Origin: Parcubacteria group bacterium
GTDB taxonomy: Bacteria; Patescibacteriota; Minisyncoccia; Moranbacterales; GCA-2747515
Length of the DNA: 64,000 nt
Direction: 5' to 3'
Assembly (NCBI GenBank): GCA_041660065.1
Contig: JBAZXC010000004.1
Coordinates: forward strand, 10,098-74,097
Positions 29,782 through 39,382 of this stretch are shown here, piece after piece. The notes below the pieces were generated by a model. The model had not been told where the DNA came from and ran no database searches. It was given only the letters and a program-made list of their open reading frames with translations. Every line of letters starts with the position of its first letter. The first letter of the stretch is position 1. A program made the position numbers and the translations under genes.

Positions 29782-31056
29782 ATGAAGTACAAAAAACACG
29801 TATTGAAAAACGGATTGCGCGTAATTCTCGTTCCGATCAAAGAAATGACCACGGCGACGGCTCTAATCTGCGTGGGGACAGGATCGCGCTTTGAGGATGC
29901 GCATGAAAATGGGCTTGCGCATTTCCTTGAACACATGTTTTTCAAAGGGACAAAGAAGCGTCCAAAAGCGATGATGATCCTCAAAGAACTGGACACGCTC
30001 GGTTCACAACATAACGCCTATACAGGGAAAGATCGCACGGCATATTATACGAAGGTGCCATCCGCAAAGATCTTGCAAGCGATGGATATTTTGCATGATC
30101 TTTTTTTGCACTCAACATTTGAGGTAAAAGAGATCAAAAAAGAATCCGGGACGATCATACAAGAGATCAATATGTATCAAGATATGCCGGCGCAAAAAGT
30201 GTATGACGTGTTCGAAACACTGCTCTATGGCAAAGATCATCCACTTGGCCGTGAGATTCTCGGCACAAAACAAAATGTCACATCATTTGTGCGAAAGGAT
30301 TTTCTGGCGTATATTGCTCGCTGTTATGCGGCACATAATACTGTCGTGTGTGTAACGGGAAACTTCTCAGAAAAAAAAGTTCTCGCAAAGATCAAAGCGG
30401 ATTTTGGCACAATGTATGGCGGGGATCGTCCACAGCACGAGTTGTTTATTGGTGCGCAGGAAAAGCCGGTCTGCATGATCGAAGAAAAAAAGACAGATCA
30501 AACACATTTTGTACTGGGCGTTCACACGGGAGGTTTTGATCACAAGGATCGTTACGTGTATTCTATTTTGGCAAATATCCTCGGTGGGGGGATGAGTAGT
30601 CGTCTGTGGGAAGAAGTGCGAGAAAAGCGCGGTCTTGCCTATAGCGTCCATGCGTTTGTGGATTTTTATCCGGAAGTGGGATATTTTGCAGTGAAAGCCG
30701 GTGTGGAGCATGATAAACTCATTGATGCAATCGAACTTATCTTAAAAGAATTAAGGAAAGTGGCACAACGCGGTGTAACGGAAGAGGAATTTGAGCGTGC
30801 GCGCAGTGGGTTTGAGGGGCGTATTGCCTATAGCATGGAAACATCAGATGCGATTGCAAGCAATTTTGCGGAGCAAGAAGCGACGCGCGATGAGATCATT
30901 GTGCCGGAAGAATCATTGCGTCGCATCAAAAGAGTTACACGAGCGGATATTCAGCGCGTGGCAAGGGAGATCTTTGTGAATAAAAGCTTGAATTGTGCGA
31001 TCATCGGTCCACAGAAAAAACGTGAGAAAGAGATCAAAAAAATACTTCAATTCTGA
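29782..31056 (+). CDS. M16-family zinc peptidase (pitrilysin-like)
   Basis: 424 aa; inverted zinc motif HFLEHMFFKGT (HxxEH) plus a downstream E. Confidence 0.8.
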   Translation: MKYKKHVLKNGLRVILVPIKEMTTATALICVGTGSRFEDAHENGLAHFLEHMFFKGTKKRPKAMMILKELDTLGSQHNAYTGKDRTAYYTKVPSAKILQAMDILHDLFLHSTFEVKEIKKESGTIIQEINMYQDMPAQKVYDVFETLLYGKDHPLGREILGTKQNVTSFVRKDFLAYIARCYAAHNTVVCVTGNFSEKKVLAKIKADFGTMYGGDRPQHELFIGAQEKPVCMIEEKKTDQTHFVLGVHTGGFDHKDRYVYSILANILGGGMSSRLWEEVREKRGLAYSVHAFVDFYPEVGYFAVKAGVEHDKLIDAIELILKELRKVAQRGVTEEEFERARSGFEGRIAYSMETSDAIASNFAEQEATRDEIIVPEESLRRIKRVTRADIQRVAREIFVNKSLNCAIIGPQKKREKEIKKILQF

Positions 31057-31184
31057 TCCTTTGCGTAGCGTAATCGATGGAGGGATTGGTATATTTTTAT
31101 CCTCCATAAAAAGGTAATGTCTTACAGTTGTTTTTGTTCTGATATTGTGCTAGGCTGATACATAATCCTAAAGATATAAAAAAC

Positions 31185-32174
31185 ATGAGTCAAGTCATTG
31201 ATGTGTCATCAAATATCATTTTTCGCGTGCTGGGAATTGTTCTCGGACTGTGGTTTTTGTATGTGATCCGTGATGTGATCTGGCTTTTTTTGATCGCGAT
31301 TATCATTACGGCTGCGCTCAATCCGATGATCAAAAGTGCGCAGGTACTTTTACGTTCACCGCGCGCTGTGGCTGTCGGCACAGTATATATCATCTTCTTT
31401 TTACTTTTGGGTATTCTCATTTCATTTATTGTGCCAACGATCTCGCAACAATTCGAGCAGATCGGGACAGAATTGCCCAAACTTCTCGCGCAATTTTTAC
31501 CACAGCATCTTTCACCGGCCGAAGATCCGACGCTTAGCAATATCAGTCAACAATTCATCGGTCTTTTGGGTAATCCTTTCTCCACTACGGTGGGGTTGCT
31601 GTCGGGACTGATCTCAATCTTTGCCGTGGTCTCCATGTCTTTTTATATGTCACTGCAAGAGGACGGGTTGAAAAACGCGCTTTTGCTCATTGTACCGGCA
31701 CAACACCAAAAATATATTGCGACACTTATTGATCGGATCCAAGAAAATTTCGGACGATGGATGGCGGGGCAACTGATCACAATGATTTTTGTCGGTCTAT
31801 TATATTATATTGCGCTACTCTCACTTGGTGTGCCATATGCGTCTGTGTTGGCGATCATAGGAGGGCTTTTGGAGATTGTGCCATACTTTGGTCCGATCAT
31901 GGCTGGTGCGCCGGCTGTTGTGTTTGGGTTTATGCAAGATCCGACAGTGGGATTTCTCGTATTTTTGGCGTATTGGGCGATCAACTTGATCGAAAACTAT
32001 TTTTTGGTACCAAAGATCATGAACAAGGCGATCGGTCTGCACCCGGTGTTGGTTATTCTTGCATTACTTATCGGCGGGCAAATTGCCGGTATTGTAGGCA
32101 TTTTTCTTGCAGTGCCACTTGCCGGTGCGATCGGACTTTTCCTCAAGGATGTGATGGAAAAAAAGATCGCCTAA
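31185..32174 (+). CDS. AI-2E family (UPF0118/PerM-like) transporter
   Basis: 329 aa, about 8 TM with the characteristic long central loop. Confidence 0.7.
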   Translation: MSQVIDVSSNIIFRVLGIVLGLWFLYVIRDVIWLFLIAIIITAALNPMIKSAQVLLRSPRAVAVGTVYIIFFLLLGILISFIVPTISQQFEQIGTELPKLLAQFLPQHLSPAEDPTLSNISQQFIGLLGNPFSTTVGLLSGLISIFAVVSMSFYMSLQEDGLKNALLLIVPAQHQKYIATLIDRIQENFGRWMAGQLITMIFVGLLYYIALLSLGVPYASVLAIIGGLLEIVPYFGPIMAGAPAVVFGFMQDPTVGFLVFLAYWAINLIENYFLVPKIMNKAIGLHPVLVILALLIGGQIAGIVGIFLAVPLAGAIGLFLKDVMEKKIA

Positions 32175-32184
32175 ATTTTACACA

Positions 32185-32222
32185 GAAAACACTACTACAC
32201 TACGTAGTATAGTAGTGTTTTC
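32185..32222. terminator. bidirectional hairpin terminator
   Basis: GAAAACACTACTACACTACGTAGTATAGTAGTGTTTTC, a near-perfect palindrome. Confidence 0.7.
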
Positions 32223-32259
32223 TATAAAGTTCTGCACATTTTTTTAACGTTTTTTGAAA

Positions 32260-32769
32260 TTACCTTCTTGTGTCATGTGGTGGATCTGTGATCGTGATAT
32301 CACTGCCAAACATCCATAGGGGCGTGTCGGCGAGTACGGCGTGTGCTTCATTTTCCAAAAATCCTCCGGTGATCTCCGGCGGTGTGGAGAAGTACGGAGT
32401 GAGTCCGCTCATTGTGCTGTCTTGCAGGATCGGCCATCGGGTATAACCGCCGACATAAGGAGAGGGGAGAGAAAAAACGACACGACTCACTTTGAATTCG
32501 CGGATCATAAAGGAACACATAGGGCACGGCTCAACATTGGTATATAGCGTACAACCACTCAGGTCGGATGAACCGAACAATGCATGTGCGCGATTAAGGG
32601 CAACGATTTCGGCGTGTTCGGAAACTTTGGTTTTGTAATCATTTTGTGCTTCGATGATGATGTGTCCATCTTTGGCGATCACCGTACCAAATGGTGCATC
32701 GCCCGCATCAATTGATTCTTGTGATAGTGCAATGCACCGGCGCATGCATATGTGATCAAAGTCATTCAT
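32260..32769 (-). CDS. CMP/dCMP-type zinc deaminase (TadA-like nucleoside/tRNA adenosine deaminase) with C-terminal extension
   Basis: 169 aa; HAEIVAL ... PCPMCSFMI, the (H/C)AE + PCxxC zinc motif. Confidence 0.7.
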   Translation of the reverse strand: MNDFDHICMRRCIALSQESIDAGDAPFGTVIAKDGHIIIEAQNDYKTKVSEHAEIVALNRAHALFGSSDLSGCTLYTNVEPCPMCSFMIREFKVSRVVFSLPSPYVGGYTRWPILQDSTMSGLTPYFSTPPEITGGFLENEAHAVLADTPLWMFGSDITITDPPHDTRR

Positions 32770-32849
32770 AAGTTTTTTGTATTGTTATAACTGATTTAAT
32801 ATAAATATCATTTTTTCTTTTATATAACAATTATTTAAAAGAAAACTTC

Positions 32850-32911
32850 TGTCATCCTGAACTTGTTTCAGGATCTCACATCTCAGATGCTGAAACAAGT
32901 TCAGCATGACA
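32850..32911. repeat. solo (cargo-less) pair of family-A hairpin inverted repeats
   Basis: TGTCATCCTGAACTTGTTTCAGGATCTCA + CA + TCTCAGATGCTGAAACAAGTTCAGCATGACA; compare the TIRs flanking the GIY-YIG gene at 4987/5321. Confidence 0.7.
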
Positions 32912-32981
32912 TGGATATTAAATGAGATCTTGTGAGGGTATTATAGCCTTTTTGTGACATGTTTGATAGTATAAAAACATT

Positions 32982-33914
32982 ATGACACATCAGAGCATCA
33001 AAAAACCGGAAGGCGGACTATTGCAATCAGAGGAATGGATGGCTGTTTTGCATGCGGAAAAAAAGGAAACATACCGTATAGTGAGTGCGTATGCGATACA
33101 TCACATGATCCAAAATCGCGTACCGCTATTTGGCGCGTATATGTATGTACCGCGCGTTTTTGATCTGGACCATACAGCATGTGCCAAGATCATCGCTGTA
33201 GCGCGAGAGCATGGTGCCGGATGGGTGCGGATCGATGTTGGCACGGAAGCGATGATGCGCGTTCTTGATGAATGCGGGCAACATGTTTTGCACGCACCGC
33301 ACGACATGCAACCGCGACACAATCTGATCATCGATATTGCCAAAGACGAAGAAGAACTATTAAAAAATATGAAAAGCAAAACGCGGTATAATGTGCGTCT
33401 CGCGCAGAAAAAAGGTGTGACAGTTTTTGCATCAAAAGAACAAAAGTATGTAGATGCGTTTTGTGCGCTTGTCGGGCAAACGGCTGTGAGGAAAGAAGTT
33501 TCTTTCCATGACAAGTCACACTATGAAAAGATCATCAATACATTATCCGATGATCATGTGCAACTGTATATTGCTGAATACAATGGCAACGTGATCGCCG
33601 CAAACCTCGTATCGTTTTATGGCGGCGTGGCAACATACTTGCACGGTGCAACCGCCGATCGCGATCGTGACGTGATGGCGCCATTCCTCTTGCAATGGCA
33701 GGCAATTCTCGATGCAAAGGTACGCGGATGTGAATGGTATGACCTGGGGGGTGTATTCCCGCATACAGAGGATAAAGGCAAGCAGGGAATCACCCGATTC
33801 AAACAAGGATTTGCACCGCAAGAAACGTTTTTTGCCACACGAGGATCATATGATATTGTCCTATCACCACTGCGATACTATGGCTATCGTCTTGCACAGA
33901 AGTTCAAATCATAG
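32982..33914 (+). CDS. FemAB-family aminoacyl-tRNA-dependent peptidyltransferase
   Basis: 310 aa; MKSKTRYNVRLAQKKG matches the FemXAB signature; GNAT-like fold. Confidence 0.75.
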   Translation: MTHQSIKKPEGGLLQSEEWMAVLHAEKKETYRIVSAYAIHHMIQNRVPLFGAYMYVPRVFDLDHTACAKIIAVAREHGAGWVRIDVGTEAMMRVLDECGQHVLHAPHDMQPRHNLIIDIAKDEEELLKNMKSKTRYNVRLAQKKGVTVFASKEQKYVDAFCALVGQTAVRKEVSFHDKSHYEKIINTLSDDHVQLYIAEYNGNVIAANLVSFYGGVATYLHGATADRDRDVMAPFLLQWQAILDAKVRGCEWYDLGGVFPHTEDKGKQGITRFKQGFAPQETFFATRGSYDIVLSPLRYYGYRLAQKFKS

Positions 33915-33934
33915 GGTAGAGACGCCCTTTGTAA

Positions 33935-34015
33935 GTCTAAAAATTCTTGTCATTCCCGTGAAGCTTGTCCTCGAGAAATCGGGGAACGGGAATTCATGAT
34001 TATTCTATATGCAAA
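33935..34015. repeat. family-B hairpin repeat copy
   Basis: GTCTAAAAATTCTTGTCATTCCCGTGAAGCTTGTCCTCGAGAAATCGGGGAACGGGAAT...TATTCTATATGC; the reverse complement of 18940-19016. Confidence 0.7.
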
Positions 34016-34043
34016 ATATACTTATATCAGATTTGCGTTACTC

Positions 34044-34072
34044 TTGACAAAATGACGATTTAGGTGTATAAT
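34044..34072 (+). promoter_or_regulatory. consensus sigma70 promoter
   Basis: TTGACA, a 17-nt spacer, then TATAAT, both exact consensus. Confidence 0.6.
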
Positions 34073-34223
34073 ACAGAGTCGTAGTAATTTGACAATTTTT
34101 CATTCACCACAGCCAAAAGAGTCGTATTTAAGGCAATTTTTGGTTGTGGTGAGAGACCATATCGGTCAAATCTAACAGCGAAAATATAAAAATGGCACAT
34201 GTGCCAGAAAAAAGGAGGAAGAT

Positions 34224-34658
34224 ATGTCTTCTGATAACATGAAAACAATAGCACATTTCATCGATTGCGATGCCGATCCGTCCATCCCTAAAGGATGGAA
34301 AGTTGAGAGACATAACAAATGCGGACAATTGGAGTGGAACGCAAAAAAAGTTTCACTACACTTGTCAAAAGTACAGGAAAGTGGCAAGCAAATAAAGGGT
34401 AATCAGCTTTGCAAAGAAATTGAAAAAATGCCTGTGCTGAATGCCAATGTGCTGGATTACCTTTTGGCACATCCTGAACTTATCCCGGAAGAGTGGAAGA
34501 ATAAAGTAGTTTTATTCTGGGGCACTATTTATTGCCTCTCCGATGGTCGCTTGGCTGTTCGTTGTCTCAGTTGGGACGGTGAGCAGTGGTACTGGCACGG
34601 CAGCGGGCTCGACGGTGATTTCCGTTCTGTCCATTCTGCGGTGTTGTGCGCAAATTAG
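34224..34658 (+). CDS. hypothetical protein
   Basis: 144 aa ORF with AAAGGAGG upstream of the ATG; terminator hairpins downstream (34725-34760 and 34832-34862). Confidence 0.5.
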   Translation: MSSDNMKTIAHFIDCDADPSIPKGWKVERHNKCGQLEWNAKKVSLHLSKVQESGKQIKGNQLCKEIEKMPVLNANVLDYLLAHPELIPEEWKNKVVLFWGTIYCLSDGRLAVRCLSWDGEQWYWHGSGLDGDFRSVHSAVLCAN

Positions 34659-35008
34659 TTCTTGGGACTTTGTTTCTTGAATCTTCTCTGGATTCTTTGA
34701 AACCTAGTCCTGTGATCCTAAAAAAAACGAGCACTGTGTTGTATTTCACACAGTGCTCTTTAATTTTGTGCTACAATAAAAAAGGTAGTAGGAAAATATG
34801 CAAGCGATTATGGTTTCTTGCTTTCGAATCTTGCAGGAGCAGGTTTGTAACCTGCTCCTTTTGTTTTTATTACACTTCACAAATATATTGTACATAATAT
34901 AAATGGTGTTTCTATAGTGAATATTTTTTTCAAATTTTTGATAGTTGCTAAAATTGTGATATTGCAAAACTGTTAAAATCAGTAATTTTACAGTCATATG
35001 AAAAAATC

Positions 35009-36388
35009 TTGACTATCTGGTTTTCTCGCGCGTTATCTTGTATCATAAGATATATGATACTTACAATGATCAAAAAGATGATCCCGCGAAAGATCTTTCG
35101 CATGGCGCAACCGATCTATCACTATGTGATGGGTTTTTTGGCGGTGCTTGTGTGCGGTTTTCCCGGCAGAAAGATGATCGTTGTCGGTGTAACGGGGACG
35201 ACGGGTAAGACGACAGTGGTGTATTTGACAGCGCAGGCATTGCGTCATGCAGGACTCCGCGTAGGATATACGTCGACAGCAATGTTTAGCGATGGAAAGA
35301 ACGATTGGCTCAATGATAAAAAGATGACGATGGTGGGGCGGTTTTTCACACAAAATATACTCAGGCGCATGGTGCGAAACGGATGCGATGTGGCAATCGT
35401 AGAAACAACATCCGAGGGAGCGGTACAATTTCGCCATCGCTTTATCAATTATGATGTGATGGTTTTTACCGGGCTCTATCCGGAGCATATTGATTCTCAT
35501 GGCAGTTTTGACAATTACAAAAACGCAAAAAAAGAGATCTTTGCACATCTTGCGCAGTGTAAACACAAAACGATCAAGGGAAAACACATTGCAAAAACGA
35601 TCGTAGCCAATATGGACGATCTGCATGCACAGGATTTCATGCAGTTTGATGTAGAAAAAAAGATTGGTTTTACACAGGGCGACATGCAGGATGCATCTAT
35701 GCAAATCGTGCAGTATACCGCAGGCATATCAAACAAAACGGGTGTGCGGTTTGCATGTGATGGTGTGGATGTGCAGATGCACATTCTGGGTGATTTCAAT
35801 GCGACAAATGCTGTCGCTGCGATCTCTGTTGCGCAAGCACTGGGCGTGGAAAAAAATCGTGCTATTGAAGGGCTGATGCAGGTCATGAGTTTGCCGGGAC
35901 GATTGGAGCGGATCGACGAAGGGCAAGACTTTACCGTAATCGTGGATTATGCATTCGAGCCGGTTGCTGTAACCAAATTATATGAAACAATTCGTGTCCT
36001 TGAACCAAAAAATATCATCCATGTCCTCGGGTCAACCGGAGGCGGACGTGATATTTCACGTCGCGCAAAACTCGGACGCATTGCGGGAGAATTGGCGCGC
36101 TCTGTGATCGTGACGAACGAGGATCCTTATGATGATGATCCGTTGGAAATTATTTCGGCAGTTGCAGATGGCGCGAGAGAGACAGGTAAGGTGGAAGGAC
36201 GAAATCTCTTTTTGATCACAGATCGCGACAGGGCAATTGAGAAAGCTGTTTCTATCGCACACACAGGTGATGTGGTATTGATCACCGGCAAGGGATCGGA
36301 GCAGGCGATCGCTGGGAAAGACGGCATATTGTTTCCATGGGATGATCGACGGTGCGTGCGAGAGGCTTTGCGCAAATTACGAAAATAA
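35009..36388 (+). CDS. Mur ligase family protein (MurE/MurF-like) with N-terminal TM segment
   Basis: 459 aa; P-loop VGVTGTTGKTT, the Mur middle domain, and a C-terminal GDVVLITGKGSE; the true start is probably an internal Met. Confidence 0.7.
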   Translation: MTIWFSRALSCIIRYMILTMIKKMIPRKIFRMAQPIYHYVMGFLAVLVCGFPGRKMIVVGVTGTTGKTTVVYLTAQALRHAGLRVGYTSTAMFSDGKNDWLNDKKMTMVGRFFTQNILRRMVRNGCDVAIVETTSEGAVQFRHRFINYDVMVFTGLYPEHIDSHGSFDNYKNAKKEIFAHLAQCKHKTIKGKHIAKTIVANMDDLHAQDFMQFDVEKKIGFTQGDMQDASMQIVQYTAGISNKTGVRFACDGVDVQMHILGDFNATNAVAAISVAQALGVEKNRAIEGLMQVMSLPGRLERIDEGQDFTVIVDYAFEPVAVTKLYETIRVLEPKNIIHVLGSTGGGRDISRRAKLGRIAGELARSVIVTNEDPYDDDPLEIISAVADGARETGKVEGRNLFLITDRDRAIEKAVSIAHTGDVVLITGKGSEQAIAGKDGILFPWDDRRCVREALRKLRK

Positions 36389-36454
36389 TAAATGGTGTAT
36401 AATGCATAGCAGAGAAAATTGTTGTTTAACATTTAGGATAATTCAACGAAAGAG

Positions 36455-36934
36455 GTGATCGATGTGGATGGCCAAACGGTTGTAACAAACGTGCAGGACG
36501 GCATCATGCGGTTTCGTTGTGTGATGTGTCGTCACGAGGCGGATGTTGCTGTAAAGAGTGGCGTACGAAAATTAAGAGTGCGATGTAAGTGTGGTTTTGT
36601 CATTGTATGCGAGATCGACCGGCGGACAAGTCGACGGGGTCCGTACAAATTTGGCACTGCACAATATGTGTCAAAAAGTGGCACAAAACATATCATTCAA
36701 CCATTTGATATTTCATTTGGTGGCATGGGTTTTTGTTTTTTGCAGGGTGCAAAGCGCCAGCTTTTAGTTGGGCAAAACATCATTATTCAGTATGAAGTGA
36801 GTAGAGGATGTGACACAGTAGATGATTTTGTCGTGCGGAGAGTGTGGGATGATTGGATCGGTGTGCAATATGCTGATGGAATGAATCACCCACCACGACA
36901 TCGGCTGATCATACCATTACAGCAACATAAATAA
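36455..36934 (+). CDS. Zn-ribbon + PilZ domain protein (paralog 1)
   Basis: 159 aa; CVMCRH-x17-CKCG zinc ribbon, then PilZ motifs RRTSRRG (RxxxR) and DISFGGMGF (DxSxxG). Confidence 0.6.
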   Translation: MIDVDGQTVVTNVQDGIMRFRCVMCRHEADVAVKSGVRKLRVRCKCGFVIVCEIDRRTSRRGPYKFGTAQYVSKSGTKHIIQPFDISFGGMGFCFLQGAKRQLLVGQNIIIQYEVSRGCDTVDDFVVRRVWDDWIGVQYADGMNHPPRHRLIIPLQQHK

Positions 36935-36951
36935 AAGGCGGTGGAGCAATT

Positions 36952-37392
36952 ATGTATGTGCAAAAAAACAAAAGGATAATTTGTCGAGTACAGGAGGGAC
37001 ATGCGCAATTTATTTGTCCGCATTGCAAAAAAAGATATATGGTACCTCTGCGTCCCAATGAAAAACGTCGCAAAATTACTTGTCATGCGTGTAAGCAAAA
37101 ATGTGAATGCACATTCAATCGGCGTTATACGATTCGTGAAATGCAGAGTGGTAAAGCGCGACTGGACATGGGAGAATTGGGGTATATGGCCGTTCTTTTG
37201 CATGATATTTCTTGCGCAGGTGTAGGCTTTAGTATTTCTCATGGACAAGCGCGCAAACTGCGCGTGGGTCAACAGGTGCAACGGATCGTATGTGATTGGA
37301 ATCCGCGGTTTCCGCAACACAAGTTGATCATCCGTAATATTTCGGGCGAAAAGGTGGGGGCATGTTTTACCAAGCGCAGACAATTTTTTTAA
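36952..37392 (+). CDS. Zn-ribbon + PilZ domain protein (paralog 2)
   Basis: 146 aa; CPHCKK-x17-CHACKQKCEC, then NRRYTIRE / DISCAGVGF. Confidence 0.6.
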   Translation: MYVQKNKRIICRVQEGHAQFICPHCKKRYMVPLRPNEKRRKITCHACKQKCECTFNRRYTIREMQSGKARLDMGELGYMAVLLHDISCAGVGFSISHGQARKLRVGQQVQRIVCDWNPRFPQHKLIIRNISGEKVGACFTKRRQFF

Positions 37393-37666
37393 AAAAAGAT
37401 CGATGAAAACAATCTCTTGGAGAGCTCTCCGAGAGATTTTTTTATAGTCATATACGTGCAATTATTTGGACAAAGCATATTTATTGATTTTTGGTATTGT
37501 AAAAAGTACTGTATTTTAAAATAGAAAAACCAATGAGACATGACCTCTTTTTCTAAATGATGTATTTTTTTGACAGAAAAGGTGTTTTTACATACAATGA
37601 ATAATCACAATGTTATGGGTGTTTGTTATTTGACAATAAAAATTTTCCAATTATATATGGGGTGCG

Positions 37667-38119
37667 ATGATGGAAGAATTAGAAGCGGGAGTAAAAGGGG
37701 GGCAGACATGGATCGTTTGTCCGCATTGTAAGAGGGGGTCTGGTATAAATGTACCGGAGCACTATGTCAAAAAAACACTTGGATGTAAATGTGGAGGAAA
37801 ATTTCTTGTGACATTTATTCGTCGCAAATGCGATCGAAAAAAGATCAGTGTTACAGGAAAAATAACAATTAATAATGAGGAGCATCCGATCATATTGGTA
37901 GATTTATCGTTGCAGGGTGTGAGTTTCACGGTTTATTCTGCAAAAGTAGGCATAAAAAGAACATATGACATTTCTTTTTCATCTCATGGAAGCACAGTTA
38001 AGACCCCGATAAAAATTGTCGGTGTTTCAGACAAATATGTAAAAGCAGAATTCGTCTTTATTGATGAGTATTGCGGTGCAAAATTGTCGGTGAGACGCAT
38101 ATGGGACAGGTTGTTATGA
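37667..38119 (+). CDS. Zn-ribbon + PilZ domain protein (paralog 3)
   Basis: 150 aa; CPHCKR-x16-CKCGG, then RRKCDRKK / DLSLQGVSF. Confidence 0.6.
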   Translation: MMEELEAGVKGGQTWIVCPHCKRGSGINVPEHYVKKTLGCKCGGKFLVTFIRRKCDRKKISVTGKITINNEEHPIILVDLSLQGVSFTVYSAKVGIKRTYDISFSSHGSTVKTPIKIVGVSDKYVKAEFVFIDEYCGAKLSVRRIWDRLL

Positions 38120-38178
38120 AAGAAAATCCAAAAACGCCAATGGAAATATTCCAGTGGCGTTTTCTTTTTTTGAGGATG

Positions 38179-38649
38179 CTAGAGAAGTGTGACGATATAG
38201 ATGAAAAATGCCGTAACGACAAATCCGACAGCGATACCGCCGGCAACCTCATTGGCATAATGGCCGACGTGTTCTTTGAGGCGAGGGAAATCTTTATGGT
38301 TGATTCCTTTGGTTTCTTCTACAAGTTTGTTGAGTGTGCGTCCTTGCATGCCGATCTGCATACGTATGCGCATTGCGTCATAGATCGTAATGAAAGCAAA
38401 ACACGATGCGACGGCAAACACGCCGGACGTGACATTTTCATAATAGCCGATCACAACAACAAGTGAGGTGACGAACGCACTGTGTGCGCTGGGAAAATGC
38501 CCCGGGTCGAGGATATTGTCCCATTTGATGCCGTGTCTGATCGAGAGTCGTACAAATTTTATCGACTGCGCAAAGATGATTATGGCAATAGGAATGAGAA
38601 AAAGTTGAAATTGTATCAATGTGTCGATCATATGCATATAGTATAGCAC
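38179..38649 (-). CDS. divergent PAP2-family membrane phosphatase (DUF212-like)
   Basis: 156 aa; PSAHSA ... YDAMRIR ... HYANEV matches the divergent PAP2 motifs; 4 TM. Confidence 0.6.
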   Translation of the reverse strand: MLYYMHMIDTLIQFQLFLIPIAIIIFAQSIKFVRLSIRHGIKWDNILDPGHFPSAHSAFVTSLVVVIGYYENVTSGVFAVASCFAFITIYDAMRIRMQIGMQGRTLNKLVEETKGINHKDFPRLKEHVGHYANEVAGGIAVGFVVTAFFIYIVTLL

Positions 38650-38672
38650 CCTCTGTATTTTTTTGGTAGAGT

Positions 38673-39284
38673 GTGTTAGGATTGCAGTGTAATTTTAATA
38701 AGAAAAATATGATTGGAATTATTTTATTGGTCGCGATCGTTGTGATCGTTGTGTGGGTCATCGGGATCTATAACGCGCTTGTAAAGATGCGCGTACGCGT
38801 GGACGAAGGATGGAGTGACATCGATGTACAACTCAAGAGGCGTTATGATTTGATCCCAAATCTCGTAGAAACGGTAAAGGGCTATGCAAAACATGAGAGT
38901 CAAACATTGGAGGCGGTAATGGAGGCACGATCCAAAGCAACAGCGATCACGGTGGATGCAAGTCATGCAACAGCCGGAGATATGGCGGCGCTTGCCGGTG
39001 CGCAACAGGGTCTTTCTGGGGCGTTGGGTAAACTTTTTGCTGTGGCGGAAAACTATCCTGATCTCAAAGCAAATCAAAACTTTTTGCAATTGCAAAATGA
39101 TCTCACGGATACAGAGGATAAGATCCAAGCGGCGCGTCGTTTCTACAATGGTACTGTGCGTGATTACAATACCAAAGTAGAGACTGTACCAAGTAATATT
39201 GTGGCAAGCCTCTTTGCTTTTACAAAGAGAGAATTCTTTGAGATCGAGGACACACAGAGAGAGAACGTCAAAGTACAATTTTAA
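38673..39284 (+). CDS. lemA: LemA family protein
   Basis: 203 aa; N-terminal TM plus LemA signature (NALVKMRVRVDEGWSDIDVQLKRRYDLIPNLVETVK...RRFYNGTVRDYN). Confidence 0.8.
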   Translation: MLGLQCNFNKKNMIGIILLVAIVVIVVWVIGIYNALVKMRVRVDEGWSDIDVQLKRRYDLIPNLVETVKGYAKHESQTLEAVMEARSKATAITVDASHATAGDMAALAGAQQGLSGALGKLFAVAENYPDLKANQNFLQLQNDLTDTEDKIQAARRFYNGTVRDYNTKVETVPSNIVASLFAFTKREFFEIEDTQRENVKVQF

Positions 39285-39382
39285 ACATAGTTGTAAAGTT
39301 TATAAAGCCTGTAAAGTCCATAAAGTTAAAAAGTCTTATCACTTTATAAACTTTATGGACTTTATAAACATTGTTTTGATAT

